This document shows positions 29,805 to 39,982 of a stretch of 64,000 bases of DNA, one piece after another. This DNA comes from Pelagomonas calceolata. Its lineage: Eukaryota. The stretch lies in the NCBI GenBank assembly GCA_918797485.1, contig CAKKNE010000005.1, forward strand, positions 3,596,001 to 3,660,000, given 5' to 3'. A program made the position numbers and the translations under genes. The first letter of the stretch is position 1. Every line of letters begins with the position of its first letter. Under the pieces are notes generated by a model, which was not told where the DNA came from, did no database searches, and saw nothing but the letters and a program-made list of their open reading frames with translations.

Positions 29805-30251
29805 TAGGGGGATGCACCCCGCCAGCTGGCGGGCTCCCCGCCGGCCGGCCAGCCGGATTTTTCGCCGGCGGGCCCGCCGGGTCACAGGTCTCCGGCGGGA
29901 CCCGCCGGCTCTTGGGCCGGCGGGCCCCTCCGGGCGTCCGGCGGGCCCGCCGGGTCGGTGTGGAAATACCTCCCTAGACGCCGCTTTGGAGGTTTATTTT
30001 GGTTGTATTCGCGGCCCGAGGGTGCCAGGGGGTCTCGCTTCCCGCAGTGGAGGCGCGTAATAAGGGTTTTAGGCCGTTCGAAGTGAGCCGGCGGGTCCGG
30101 CGGGCCCGCCAGCCGGATATTTTTCTGGCGGGCCGCCGGCCGGATAGCTCTACAGAGACGTATTTGGGCCGGCCGGAGGGTTCCCCCTCCGGCCGGAGCT
30201 GTGGGCTGGCTGGCGGGCCGCCGGCCCCAGCTGGCGGGGTGCATCCCCCTA
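29805..30251. mobile_element. hAT-like MITE (447 bp)
   Basis: Perfect 25-bp TIRs TAGGGGGATGCACCCCGCCAGCTGG; perfect 8-bp TSD CCAAAAAG (29797-29804, 30252-30259); GC-rich subterminal repeats; no ORF. Confidence 0.93.
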
Positions 30252-30486
30252 CCAAAAAGGAGCAAAAGCAGCGTGCGACGCTATAAATCATCGGCAAGAG
30301 ACGGTCAAACGCACGCTGTGACCTCTGCGCTGCGCCCAACACCGGCACGCACGACGCCAGCCGCGCCGAGCCGCCAAAAAGCCCCTGGCACTGAGGGGAG
30401 CCACCAGAGACGCCAGCCGCGCCAGCGCTGCAGCACCAGAGACGCCAGTCGCAGCCAGCGCTGAAACGATAAAGACACAGACAAAG

Positions 30487-31554
30487 ATGCCCAAGCCCGA
30501 GAAGGGCACCCCAAAATGGATCGCGAACCAGTGGAAAAAAAAGGGCCTCTCGAAGCTGCGATGGCACTGCGGCCTGTGTGGCGTCTGGTGCAAGGACGCG
30601 AACGGCTTCAAGATGCACTTGGAGCATCCCAATCATTTGGCGAGAGCGATAGAACAGGAAAAGACGGAGGACGAGCGCAGCGACCACGTCGAGGCGAGGT
30701 ACTGCCCGGACGAGTACTCGGAGGCGTTCGAGCGCTCTTTCTTGAGGTACCTCGCGACGCATCGCTTGGGAGAACGAGTGAAGGCCCACGAGGCTTATCG
30801 GGTGCTCAACCCGGACGACCGGCCTCACGCGAACATGAAGCGGACGTGCTGGGGGACGCTCGGGAGGTTCGTCGCCGATTTGAGGGAGAGAGGAGAAGTG
30901 TGGGCGGATAGAGAAGGCAACGGCTGGGTCCTGAGCGTTACCGAGGACGACCCTGCTGCGGAATGGGCCGCATTACCTGATTCTGAAGCGCGAGAGTTGC
31001 GAGGTAAAATTCCGGGGCAAAAACGGGCCTGGAACCAAGTGGAAGATGAGCTGAAGAGGAAACGACGGCGCGACGACGGTCTATCGGACGTCATGCGGCG
31101 CGCCGAGGCCGTCGGTCGCGTTGATGCGCCGGAGGCTACTACACTACAAAGCGATGTCAAGGTCGCGTTCTCCTTCGGCGGACCACCACCAGTCTCTTCT
31201 GATGACGACACGTGGGCGCGGCCCGGGCTCATCGTGAAAGCGCGCGCGGGCAAGACGCTGCAGGGCGGGGCCTTCGACAAGGTCAAGTGCGTCGTGCGAA
31301 GCGTTTCTAATGATGGAGTGGCCGTGGAGACGCTCGACGGGCGTTCTAGGGCGACGCTTCCTCTGACCAAGCTCGAGACCGTCATCCCGGCCGTCGGCAA
31401 GCGCGTCCGCGTCGTCGGCGGCGCGCACAAAGGCGAAGTGGCGACGCTCGAGGCGCTCGATCTAGGCGCCTTCGCCGCGCGCATCCGGCTCGAGGCGTCG
31501 GGGGAGGTGGTGGAGGGCGTGCCCTACGAGGACGTGTGCAAGGAGCGGGCGTAA
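30487..31554 (+). CDS. KIN: KIN17-like DNA/RNA-binding protein
   Basis: KGLSKLRWHCGLC..CKDANGFKMH C2H2 finger; mid domain HANMKRTCWGTLGRF; C-terminal KOW (LETVIP..GKRV..YEDVCK). Confidence 0.88.
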   Translation: MPKPEKGTPKWIANQWKKKGLSKLRWHCGLCGVWCKDANGFKMHLEHPNHLARAIEQEKTEDERSDHVEARYCPDEYSEAFERSFLRYLATHRLGERVKAHEAYRVLNPDDRPHANMKRTCWGTLGRFVADLRERGEVWADREGNGWVLSVTEDDPAAEWAALPDSEARELRGKIPGQKRAWNQVEDELKRKRRRDDGLSDVMRRAEAVGRVDAPEATTLQSDVKVAFSFGGPPPVSSDDDTWARPGLIVKARAGKTLQGGAFDKVKCVVRSVSNDGVAVETLDGRSRATLPLTKLETVIPAVGKRVRVVGGAHKGEVATLEALDLGAFAARIRLEASGEVVEGVPYEDVCKERA

Positions 31555-31782
31555 GTTTCTGTTTTGTTGACTTCATGCGGCACGGTAGTACCTCTCACTG
31601 GTGTTCCGGTCAGGACTTGCGATCGGCTCGCGGGCCGCGAGGGGGGCTCTTCCAGCAGCAGCGGCTCTGCGGCTACAAGCTCGTACAAAGTGGGAGCACG
31701 CTGCTGGGAGCACAAGGTGCAGACTTCGGTGCGCACGGTAGTTTGAGCCAGGGGGCAGCAACTCATAGCAAGGAAAGGAAGG

Positions 31783-34700
31783 ATGCGGCGGCTACTGCTC
31801 CTCTTGGCTTGGGAGGGCAGCATGGCAGCAGGACGCGACGCCGGTGGCGTCGTGCCCGCGCTTACGAAGCGGGAGGACAGCGCGGTGCCGCCGTGGCTTG
31901 TACGCGGCGCGGACCTCGCGGCGGTGCCTCTGGACCTCGGCGCCGGCAGCGCGCGCCGGGACCTGCAATCCTCCTCCGACGCCTGCGACTACGTCTCCGT
32001 GTCGGGCTCCACCGCTCAAAGCAGCAGGCACGGCTTTTACGAAGCGACCGGAACGTGCGAGTCTCAGCCTTACTTTTCGTGTATCGACTGCGGTAGCACG
32101 CAGTACATCTGGTATACTTCAAATAAATACTGGTACATTGGTGATTCTGGTTGCGGGAGTACGTACGTGTCGATATATAACCGCGACACGGACGGAGACC
32201 TCGCGGCCGTATCCGATTCGTGGACTGAGTATGACGGGGGTTGGGTAGAAAATTCCGCCATCACGGTCAAGTGCTACGCGGCCGCGAGTTGTCAGCTAGT
32301 TCCCGGCACGACGGCCAAGTATAGGTGCTTCGACTGCGCCGACGCGAGCGACCTGGCGAGCGTCGGCGACGGCCAGTGCGACGCCGCGAACAACGTCAGC
32401 CCGTGCTGGGACGGCGGCGATTGTTGTGAAACGACGTGCATCGACGGCGACACGCACACGTGTGGCTCCTACGACTGCAAAGACCCCGATGCGCCCCCGG
32501 TGCCGGACCCGTACTACCCCGACGCTGCGTGGTACCTCGAGGCGATCCGCGCGCCCGAGGCGTGGGCGGCGGGCTATGACGGAAGCGGCGTGCAGATCCT
32601 CATCAACGACGACGGCGTCGACAACACGCATCCGGACCTGGCGAAGCTCGACGTGGCCAACTCGTGCGGCGTGTATGCCCCGTGCGCAAAGGCCAGAGGC
32701 CCCGACGCCGGCGTTATTGACTCGCACGGGACAAATTGTGCGGCAATCGCGGCCGCCGACTCGAACTCGGCCTGCGGCGTCGGCGTCGCGCCGGGCGCCG
32801 GCATCGCGTCGTGCGTCCAAAGCTTCAGCAATTGCAACCCCGCCGCAAGCGAGGACTCTCTCACGCACAATTACAATGTGAACGACATTAGTTCAAATAG
32901 CTGGGGCATCGACCAGTGCGAGTACATCGAAGACGGACGACGATTGTCGACGGACTGCCCGTTCGAGTGTCCCTCGGTGAGCTCGGACGACTGCCCGTGC
33001 GACGCGTGCGACGGCGACGACTGGGCGTCGGGGGACCTCGACTCGGATTGCGAGGATGCTGTCGTGGATTACTGCACCAGTTACTTCAATGACGACGTGA
33101 CGCCCTGTTTGGAGCTCGACCACTACTTCGTCCGGTGCGGCTACGGCCAGCTCTCGAGCTACGGGCACGATCAGCTCGTCGACGGCACGACAAACGGTCG
33201 AGGCGGCCTGGGCACGGTGTACGTCTTCTCGGCTGGCAACGAATACGAGCTCGGCGATGACGTTAATTATGAGGGCTATCTCAACTCGCGGTTTACCATT
33301 TCCGTCGGTGCCGTCTACGCAGATCTCACGCACTCGCTCTACTCGTCGAGTGGCGCCCCCGTGTTCATCAGCGCGCCTGGCGGGGACGGCGGGAACATGG
33401 CCGTCGCGAAGCCAGTCGGGAACGGCAACACCGACAATTGCGGCGACGCGGGTCAGGGCACATCCTTCGCGTGTCCGCTGATCTCCGGAGTCGTTGCTCT
33501 AGTTTTGGAGGCGAACCCCAATTTGACATGGCGCGATGTCCAGGGGGTGCTCGCCGCGACCGCGCGGACCGACCATAACGACGAGAACGACGAGACCGGC
33601 CAGTGGACCACGAACCAGGCCGGCGTCAAACATAGCTACAAGTACGGTTTTGGGCTCGTCGACGCGCACGCTGCTGTTATTGCGGCGCAATCATGGGCGA
33701 CCCTGGGCGCCGAGATCACGCTCGTGACGGCGACGACGAGCGGCGCGGCGCTGCTCGACTTCGACGGCACCGAGCACTGGGTCGAATCGACGGCGACAGA
33801 GTTCGCCGGCACGGGCGCCTCGGACTTTATCATCGAGAGCGTCTCGGTCTACGTAACTCTAGAACACCCGCGCCGCGGCGATCTCAGGATCGAGCTCGAG
33901 CGGAACGGCGTGACCTCGCTCCTGACCGACGACAAACTCGCGCTCGGTACGCGCTACACGCACCACAAGTTCACGACGCTTCGGCACTGGGGAGAAACCG
34001 CCGACGACGGGGCGTTCACACTCCGCGTCGCCGACCGACGCGCGGGCTCGGGCGACGACGACGACCACGAGCCGTTCGACGATGAACACTGGAAGTTCGA
34101 CGATTCGAACTACGCTGACGACGACGGCGACGACGACGGCGTACTTGTATCGTGGACGCTCCAGCTCTACGGCCACGACAGCGACACGTCGACGCCGTGG
34201 ACGCCCCAGCCGACACCTCGGGGAGGTTGTGATTCCGTCACCGTGTCGGGCTCCAACGATCAAACCGGCAGGCACGGAACGTACTTACCTGAAGGCAGAT
34301 GCACGGAACGTATTTACTACAAATGCTCCGACTGCGCATGGACAACATACCTCTGGTATCACGATAGTGGCTACTGGGTCATCGGCTCAGACCCGGACGG
34401 CTGCGACTCGCTCTCTGCGAACATATATATCGTCTCAAACGAAGACCTCGCGGACGTGTCCGGAGATTGGAAAGAGTCTACCAGCTCCGGGTGGTCGACA
34501 AACTCTAACATCGCGGTCGTCTGCCAGCTCCCGACGGCGCCGCAACCCACCTACGGTCCCACGACAGCCCTACCCGTGCCGGCGCCGACGCCCCGTCCGA
34601 CGCCGTCTCCCAGCGCCGCGCCGGGCGACCCTACGGCCCGGCCCGCGCCGGAGCCGACGCCAGCGCCTGTGCCGGCGCCAACGCCGCGCCCGACCTTGTC

Positions 34701-36738
34701 GCCCGTGCCTGCGCCGACACCTGCGCCTGTGCCGGCGCCGACGCCGCGCCCGACCTTGTCGCCCGTGCCTGCGCCGACACCTGCGCCTGTGCCGGCGCCA
34801 ACGCCGCGCCCGACCTTCCCGTTGACGCCCGGACCCTCTCCAAGGCCATCGCCCTCGCCCAGCGCGCGGCCGACGCCGAAACCTACGCCTAAGCCGACGC
34901 CTCTACCGTCGAAAGCGCCCAGCCCGAGACCGACCCCAATGCCATCGCCGCGGCCCACGCCTGTGCCGACGACGGCCAGGCCATCGCCTCGACCGACGCC
35001 GCGCCCGACGCCTGTGCCGACGACGGCCAGGCCATCGCCCTCGCCGTCGCCGAGGCCGACGCCACAGCCGACGCCTGCACCGACGCCGTTGCCTGGCGAC
35101 CCCACGGCCGCGCCAGTCTTCGCGCCGACGCCCAGGCCTACCCCCCGGCCGACGCCGTCGCCGACGCTAAGACCGACCATCTCGCCGCGGCCGACGCCTG
35201 GGCCGACGCCGACGCCCACGACCGAGCCCACGCCTCGACCGACGCCGGCGCCGTCCCCGAAGCCCACGGCGAGGCCGACGCCTCGACCGACGCCGATCCC
35301 GACGCCGTTACCCACGGAAGAACCATCATTCAAGCCCACGCCGAGGCCCACGCCACGGCCGAGCCCTTCGCCGACTGCGACAGCCGGCAGCCCCACGGCC
35401 AGCCCGGTCTTCGCGCCGACGCCGCACCCGACGCCGTCGCCGTCTTCGCAACCGACAACGCCGTCGCCTACCGCCTCGCGCGGCGCTCCGACAACGAGTC
35501 CCGTGCCCCGCCCAGTCGTTGCTCCGACGCCAACGCCGACGCTGCGACCCTCCCCGCGGCCGACGCCCAGACCTAGTGCGAGACCCACCCCAACGCCAAC
35601 GGCGGCGCCGACGCCCCTGCCCTACGTCGTGACGGGCGCCATCTCGTTTTCTGGCGTGAGCTTGGAGGAGGCCCGAGCCGAACGACGAGTGTTCCTCAGG
35701 ACGCTCGCCATCCTCTTGGGCGTCGACGAGAGCTGGGTGCGGGTTGCCATTCGGAGAGCGCGGCGGTCGCGCCGGCGCTTGGATGCGAGCTATGCGCCCA
35801 CGACGGCGCCGACGCGGGAGATGCCGACGCCGGCGCCATCCCTAACGCCGACGGCGACGGCAGCTTCGGAACCGACGGCTGCCGACGGCTTTTCCCTGGC
35901 ACCGACGGCCGCCGGCGTGTCCCTCGATTATAACGTCTCGGTGCCGTCGATCTCTGAGGCAGAGGCGGTGGAGGCCGTCGTGGAGACCACGACGCCGGCG
36001 GACGTTGACGAGGCCGTCGAGACCGCGGCGACGGAGGTCGAGGCGGAAACGGGCACGACGATAACGCTCGTCGACTCCATTGCAACCGAGGACATCAGCG
36101 CGGTCGAGATCGTCGCGGATCCTCCCGGCACCCCCGGCGACGACGATCCGCCCACGCTCGGTCTCAGCGAAGCAGACGACGGTGCGAGCGGTGACGGAGG
36201 AGATGGTGGTAGCGGCGGCGGGGGCGGCGGCGGCGCGGACGCGGCGGCGGCCGGTGGGGCCGCCGCTGGCGCCGTCATCTTGCTGCTCGCTTTGGGCGGC
36301 GGTATGTACGTCTACCGTCGTCGCAGCAGCAAGGCCCCCGCGGCGGCCGAGGACGACGTCGAGCGCGCGATCAGCAAACAGCTGGCCGTGCCAGACCTTT
36401 TGCCTCTGCACGAGCTTGCCCCAGAGGACGCCGCGGGGTGGCTCAGGCGGCAGGACCTGCCAGGCGGTGTCGACGGGCTCTGCGCCGCCGTGATCAAGAG
36501 GAAAATTGACGGGGCGACCCTCCGCGACGCCGACGACGCCTCCCTTAAGGAGCTGGGCGCCACGCTGGGCCTGCGGAAGGCCGTCCTCAAGCTCCTGCGC
36601 GCGGAGCCGCCCGCACCGCGACGCGCCGACGAGCCGCCGCCGCCGCCGCCGCCGCCGCCGCCCCTGCCTCCGCCTCCGCCGGCGCGGCCCGGGCTCCTGG
36701 GGCGGATTGCGTCGTGGCGGTCCGGGGGCGAGTCCTAA
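31783..36738 (+). CDS. Type I membrane kexin/furin-like subtilase (S8 + P domain) with Cys/Trp domains, PT-repeat stalk, TM and SAM-like tail
   Basis: Catalytic D (INDDGVD), H (SHGTNCA), N (SAGN), S (GTSFACP); [16 protein letters not shown] domain [40 protein letters not shown]. Confidence 0.9.
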   Translation: MRRLLLLLAWEGSMAAGRDAGGVVPALTKREDSAVPPWLVRGADLAAVPLDLGAGSARRDLQSSSDACDYVSVSGSTAQSSRHGFYEATGTCESQPYFSCIDCGSTQYIWYTSNKYWYIGDSGCGSTYVSIYNRDTDGDLAAVSDSWTEYDGGWVENSAITVKCYAAASCQLVPGTTAKYRCFDCADASDLASVGDGQCDAANNVSPCWDGGDCCETTCIDGDTHTCGSYDCKDPDAPPVPDPYYPDAAWYLEAIRAPEAWAAGYDGSGVQILINDDGVDNTHPDLAKLDVANSCGVYAPCAKARGPDAGVIDSHGTNCAAIAAADSNSACGVGVAPGAGIASCVQSFSNCNPAASEDSLTHNYNVNDISSNSWGIDQCEYIEDGRRLSTDCPFECPSVSSDDCPCDACDGDDWASGDLDSDCEDAVVDYCTSYFNDDVTPCLELDHYFVRCGYGQLSSYGHDQLVDGTTNGRGGLGTVYVFSAGNEYELGDDVNYEGYLNSRFTISVGAVYADLTHSLYSSSGAPVFISAPGGDGGNMAVAKPVGNGNTDNCGDAGQGTSFACPLISGVVALVLEANPNLTWRDVQGVLAATARTDHNDENDETGQWTTNQAGVKHSYKYGFGLVDAHAAVIAAQSWATLGAEITLVTATTSGAALLDFDGTEHWVESTATEFAGTGASDFIIESVSVYVTLEHPRRGDLRIELERNGVTSLLTDDKLALGTRYTHHKFTTLRHWGETADDGAFTLRVADRRAGSGDDDDHEPFDDEHWKFDDSNYADDDGDDDGVLVSWTLQLYGHDSDTSTPWTPQPTPRGGCDSVTVSGSNDQTGRHGTYLPEGRCTERIYYKCSDCAWTTYLWYHDSGYWVIGSDPDGCDSLSANIYIVSNEDLADVSGDWKESTSSGWSTNSNIAVVCQLPTAPQPTYGPTTALPVPAPTPRPTPSPSAAPGDPTARPAPEPTPAPVPAPTPRPTLSPVPAPTPAPVPAPTPRPTLSPVPAPTPAPVPAPTPRPTFPLTPGPSPRPSPSPSARPTPKPTPKPTPLPSKAPSPRPTPMPSPRPTPVPTTARPSPRPTPRPTPVPTTARPSPSPSPRPTPQPTPAPTPLPGDPTAAPVFAPTPRPTPRPTPSPTLRPTISPRPTPGPTPTPTTEPTPRPTPAPSPKPTARPTPRPTPIPTPLPTEEPSFKPTPRPTPRPSPSPTATAGSPTASPVFAPTPHPTPSPSSQPTTPSPTASRGAPTTSPVPRPVVAPTPTPTLRPSPRPTPRPSARPTPTPTAAPTPLPYVVTGAISFSGVSLEEARAERRVFLRTLAILLGVDESWVRVAIRRARRSRRRLDASYAPTTAPTREMPTPAPSLTPTATAASEPTAADGFSLAPTAAGVSLDYNVSVPSISEAEAVEAVVETTTPADVDEAVETAATEVEAETGTTITLVDSIATEDISAVEIVADPPGTPGDDDPPTLGLSEADDGASGDGGDGGSGGGGGGGADAAAAGGAAAGAVILLLALGGGMYVYRRRSSKAPAAAEDDVERAISKQLAVPDLLPLHELAPEDAAGWLRRQDLPGGVDGLCAAVIKRKIDGATLRDADDASLKELGATLGLRKAVLKLLRAEPPAPRRADEPPPPPPPPPPLPPPPPARPGLLGRIASWRSGGES
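34663..34817 (+). repeat. 60-bp coding tandem repeat (~2.6 copies) in the PT stalk
   Basis: Lines 34681 and 34741 are near-identical; encodes [20 protein letters not shown]. Confidence 0.9.
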
Positions 36739-36794
36739 AGATCACCCTTAGTTATATCTGTTACGGTGCTAGGACTAGTGGGGCGGAAATAAGA

Positions 36795-36816
36795 GCTAGC
36801 GTGTCGACATACTAGG
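36795..36816 (-). promoter_or_regulatory. CTAG-N12-CTAG motif variant
   Basis: GCTAGCGTGTCGACATACTAGG. Confidence 0.5.
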
Positions 36817-37256
36817 CTGCCAGGAGCTGAGCACAGCTGGCATTGGCAAGCCGGCGCGCTGCTCGCAGCGTCAGCAACGTGCTGCGTTGCCCTCGTAATT
36901 CACAAGCACTGGTTCACTGCGAAACTGATCCGCGCTTCTGCAGCTTCGGGTGCTTGCACTGCTTGTGTGCTTGCCAACCTCGCTGCTGCCTTCACACCAA
37001 CCCCCTTGTTGCATCGCTGCATCGCTGCTGGCGGTGGGCACCCAGCGTCTCTAATAGTGCAACTTCGAGTATTGCCAACAAAAAAGAGCTGTACAGCAAC
37101 AAACGTCTGCAGCGCAGCAATGCGCATCAATGCAGGCGCCGGGGCGGCTGCTTTAACACAGCCGTCACGTCCCAGAGACAGCGAGAGCATCGCGCCACCT
37201 AACCATCGCTCGCGGATTAAGCCGTCGCGCGTCAAACAAGTGGCGTACACACAGGC

Positions 37257-37862
37257 ATGAAGCCGCCGGCATTAGGTAAGCTCGCGGCGACAGGTGCCGT
37301 GCTGGGCCCGGCCTGCGACGCGATTCATAACCAGTCGCTGCTGCAATACGACGTGCTGCCGATCGGCGATGGCATTGCGAAGACGTCGTTGCTTATTCCC
37401 CCCCTGCTCGCGCTGACCTATGCGTTGCTGGGCGGCGTCTTTCCCGCGATCGCTCGTCGCGTCGCTCCGGGGGCCGCGGCGGCGCCGCTCATTGATGACC
37501 AAAAGCTCAGAACGATCGCCGCGGTCGTTGCGACCTGCTCTGTCATCAAGTTGAGCGCAATTCTGATAGCAGCGGAGACGCCCAACGCTCTCGCAACGCT
37601 CGCCGCGGCGGCGCTGCTCCAATGGATTGTGCTCGACGGGACCTACGCCTCGCTCCTCATAGGGGTTGTTGTGGCCGTCGCCGGCCCGCTCGCAGAGATC
37701 CCGTTCATGCAACTCGGCTGCTGGCACTACTACTCGCCGGACTACTTTCCGTTCGGCCAGGATCTGCCGGGACTATCGAGTCTGACGGGCCCTTGCTATT
37801 TTGCGGTAACTCAGGACGCCCAGGCGCTCGGGCGGCTCTTCGACGACGACCGCGATTTGTAA
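37257..37862 (+). CDS. Multi-pass membrane protein (INSIG-like plant/algal family); may have an upstream exon
   Basis: GAVLGPACDAIH..PPLL..LDGT..GPLAEI..WHY..PD..PCYF; ACACACAG acceptor-like sequence just before the ATG. Confidence 0.65.
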   Translation: MKPPALGKLAATGAVLGPACDAIHNQSLLQYDVLPIGDGIAKTSLLIPPLLALTYALLGGVFPAIARRVAPGAAAAPLIDDQKLRTIAAVVATCSVIKLSAILIAAETPNALATLAAAALLQWIVLDGTYASLLIGVVVAVAGPLAEIPFMQLGCWHYYSPDYFPFGQDLPGLSSLTGPCYFAVTQDAQALGRLFDDDRDL

Positions 37863-37895
37863 TGTTGTTGGTACTTATAATACAGTTAGTGTCAC

Positions 37896-39494
37896 TTACA
37901 TAAATGTTGCTTCGAGCGGCACCTCGTGCACGAAGACGGGCTCGCCGCACGCCGCGAGGTCGGCGCGATCGTGTTTCGAGAACGGCGGGCAGGGCATCAG
38001 CAGGTCGTTGGACGCCTCGCCGCCGAGCAACTTTGGCAACCTTGACACCGCGTCGGCGTCGAGGCGCGCGTGGTCGCGCAATGCCTTGGCGAAATGGCGG
38101 CCGCGGAAGGACACCTTGTCCCGCATCGCCTGGTCGAGCCAGAGGGACACGATGCCCCAGAGCGTCTCGACGCCGCGCGGCGAGTTGATCACTGTGGTGG
38201 ACGAGTTGACCTCGGGGAAGTACCGCTGCGCGACGGCCGCCGCCGGCGGGCCGAACTTGCGCACGTGCCGTAGCGTGGCGATGACCGAGAGCCCGTCCAA
38301 GTCGAAGATCGTGTGGGCCCGCACGAGTCGTTTCTCGCGCTGCGACGCGGCCCGCACCGTCTGCAGGACGTCCTCGAGCATCGACGCCTGGAACATGAGG
38401 ACCGGGTCCAGCGCGTGCTCCCTTGCGAGGCCGGCCATGTCCAACCTACCCGTCCGCGACACCGTTGTGACGCCGCCGTCGTCCGCGAGGACGTCCCGAT
38501 GGATCGACGACGTGCCCGCGTTCTGCGCGATCCGTCCACGCACCGTCGTCACGTCGGCCACGGCCGACCGCCGCCAGGTCCACTCGCCGCGGCACGGCGC
38601 GCCGTCCAGTGGGCGGTGGTCCGGATTCGAGAAGGAGCCGAGTTCTTGGAGGGCGCGCGGCACGTGGAGCCGCCGCCAGGCGTGCGTCGCGCGCCACATC
38701 GCCGCGGCCTTCTGCGGGTCGCATTCCCGCGCAAGGAGGAACCGCAGCAGCATGAGCGGCTCGGATAAGGCCGCCTCGCCCTCTTCCTTGATGAAGGGCG
38801 CGAGGCGCTTTTGTAACTCGCGGACGCCCGCGACATGCTCCGCGGGAATCCCGGCCAGAGAAGGCGTATGTTCCTCTGGTATAGTGGGCTCCGGCTCAAT
38901 AACAGGCACTTCCGGCGTCGTGTCGCACAGCGCCGGCACGAACCGGCAGAGGAGCAGGAGGACCCAGTCGATCAGCCGCTGCCAGAGGCTCCTCGGTGGC
39001 GGCGGCGGCGACGGCGGTTCGAACTCGACGCTCGTGGACAGGCACTGCTTGAGCGCCTCGTCGCCCTCGCTCTCGCGCTCGAAGTCCGCGCTGAGGTCGC
39101 GCCTGTGCGCAAATCAATCAGCGAGTCGGGTGCACGAGCGGTATAGACCACAACGCCACGCCATCGAGCTGGCGTCGCGTTGATGGTGTTTTAGCAGTGG
39201 CGGAGACGCGCCGCGACAATTTGATTTATGCACTGGCGCGTGCGTTGGCGTGGGTGCACGCTTTCGCGCCGACCTATGCGACCGGCCGGAGAACGTCTTC
39301 TTCAGCAGCAGGAAGGGAGATGTCAGGGCCTTGCGCATGCGGGCGCCGCCGTCGCTGGCCGACTTCTTCATGCGCTGGCCGAAGCTCCGCTTCCGGTCGC
39401 TCGGGTAGCCGCCGTGGGCCGTCGGCCACGACTCGGCCTTGGCGGCGCTCCCCAACGAATTGGCCGAGCCGCGGGCGCTGCTGGCGCGGCGCAT
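37896..39494 (-). CDS. CRAL-TRIO/SEC14 lipid-binding protein; intron 39103..39243 (or ..39273)
   Basis: LLRFLLARECD..W..WR; IFDLDGL; QRYFPE..VINSP..W..LD..KV; LPKLLGG. Both donor options restore the frame. Confidence 0.85.
39103..39235. mobile_element. Degenerate introner element copy 3, antisense to its host gene
   Basis: CTGTGCGCAAATCAA..TTGATTTATGCACTG ends; shares GTCGGGTGCAC and CGCCACGCCATCGAGC with copies 1 and 2. Confidence 0.8.
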
Positions 39495-39781
39495 GGTTGT
39501 AGTGTTGCTCGCGCGATGGCGTGTAAGAGATGCAGTGTTGCTCGCACGACGGCGCGGCGACTCGGGAGCAACCCGCGGCAGCGATATAGGCCGCGGCAAC
39601 CCGCACAGGTCACGTGCAGGAATGCTCTAGAACAGTGAGGGTTACACGCGCTCGCAGGCTGAAAGCGACTTGCCAGAGCGATGCGGCAGCGAGATAGAAG
39701 TCCGCGCGTGGTGTGACAAGCGTGTAAATGCACGAATGGCCACGACTGGCGACATAAAATGGCTGCCGACAAGATGAGCAG

Positions 39782-39803
39782 ACTAGCGAAGCAACACACT
39801 AGC
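39782..39803 (-). promoter_or_regulatory. CTAG-N12-CTAG motif variant
   Basis: ACTAGCGAAGCAACACACTAGC upstream of the CRAL-TRIO start. Confidence 0.5.
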
Positions 39804-39982
39804 AAACAATACAGTCGGACGGGTGGGCCCGGGGGGAGCGGGAGGGGTACGGGGAACCCTGCGACGTAACTAGCCTCAGCCTCACAATACGCCGTCGCCG
39901 CCGCGACAAGCAGGAGACTCAGCACCCTAGCAGAACAAAAAGACTCCTTTGAACCGAAGATTAAGGGGGGAGGTCCGGGCGG

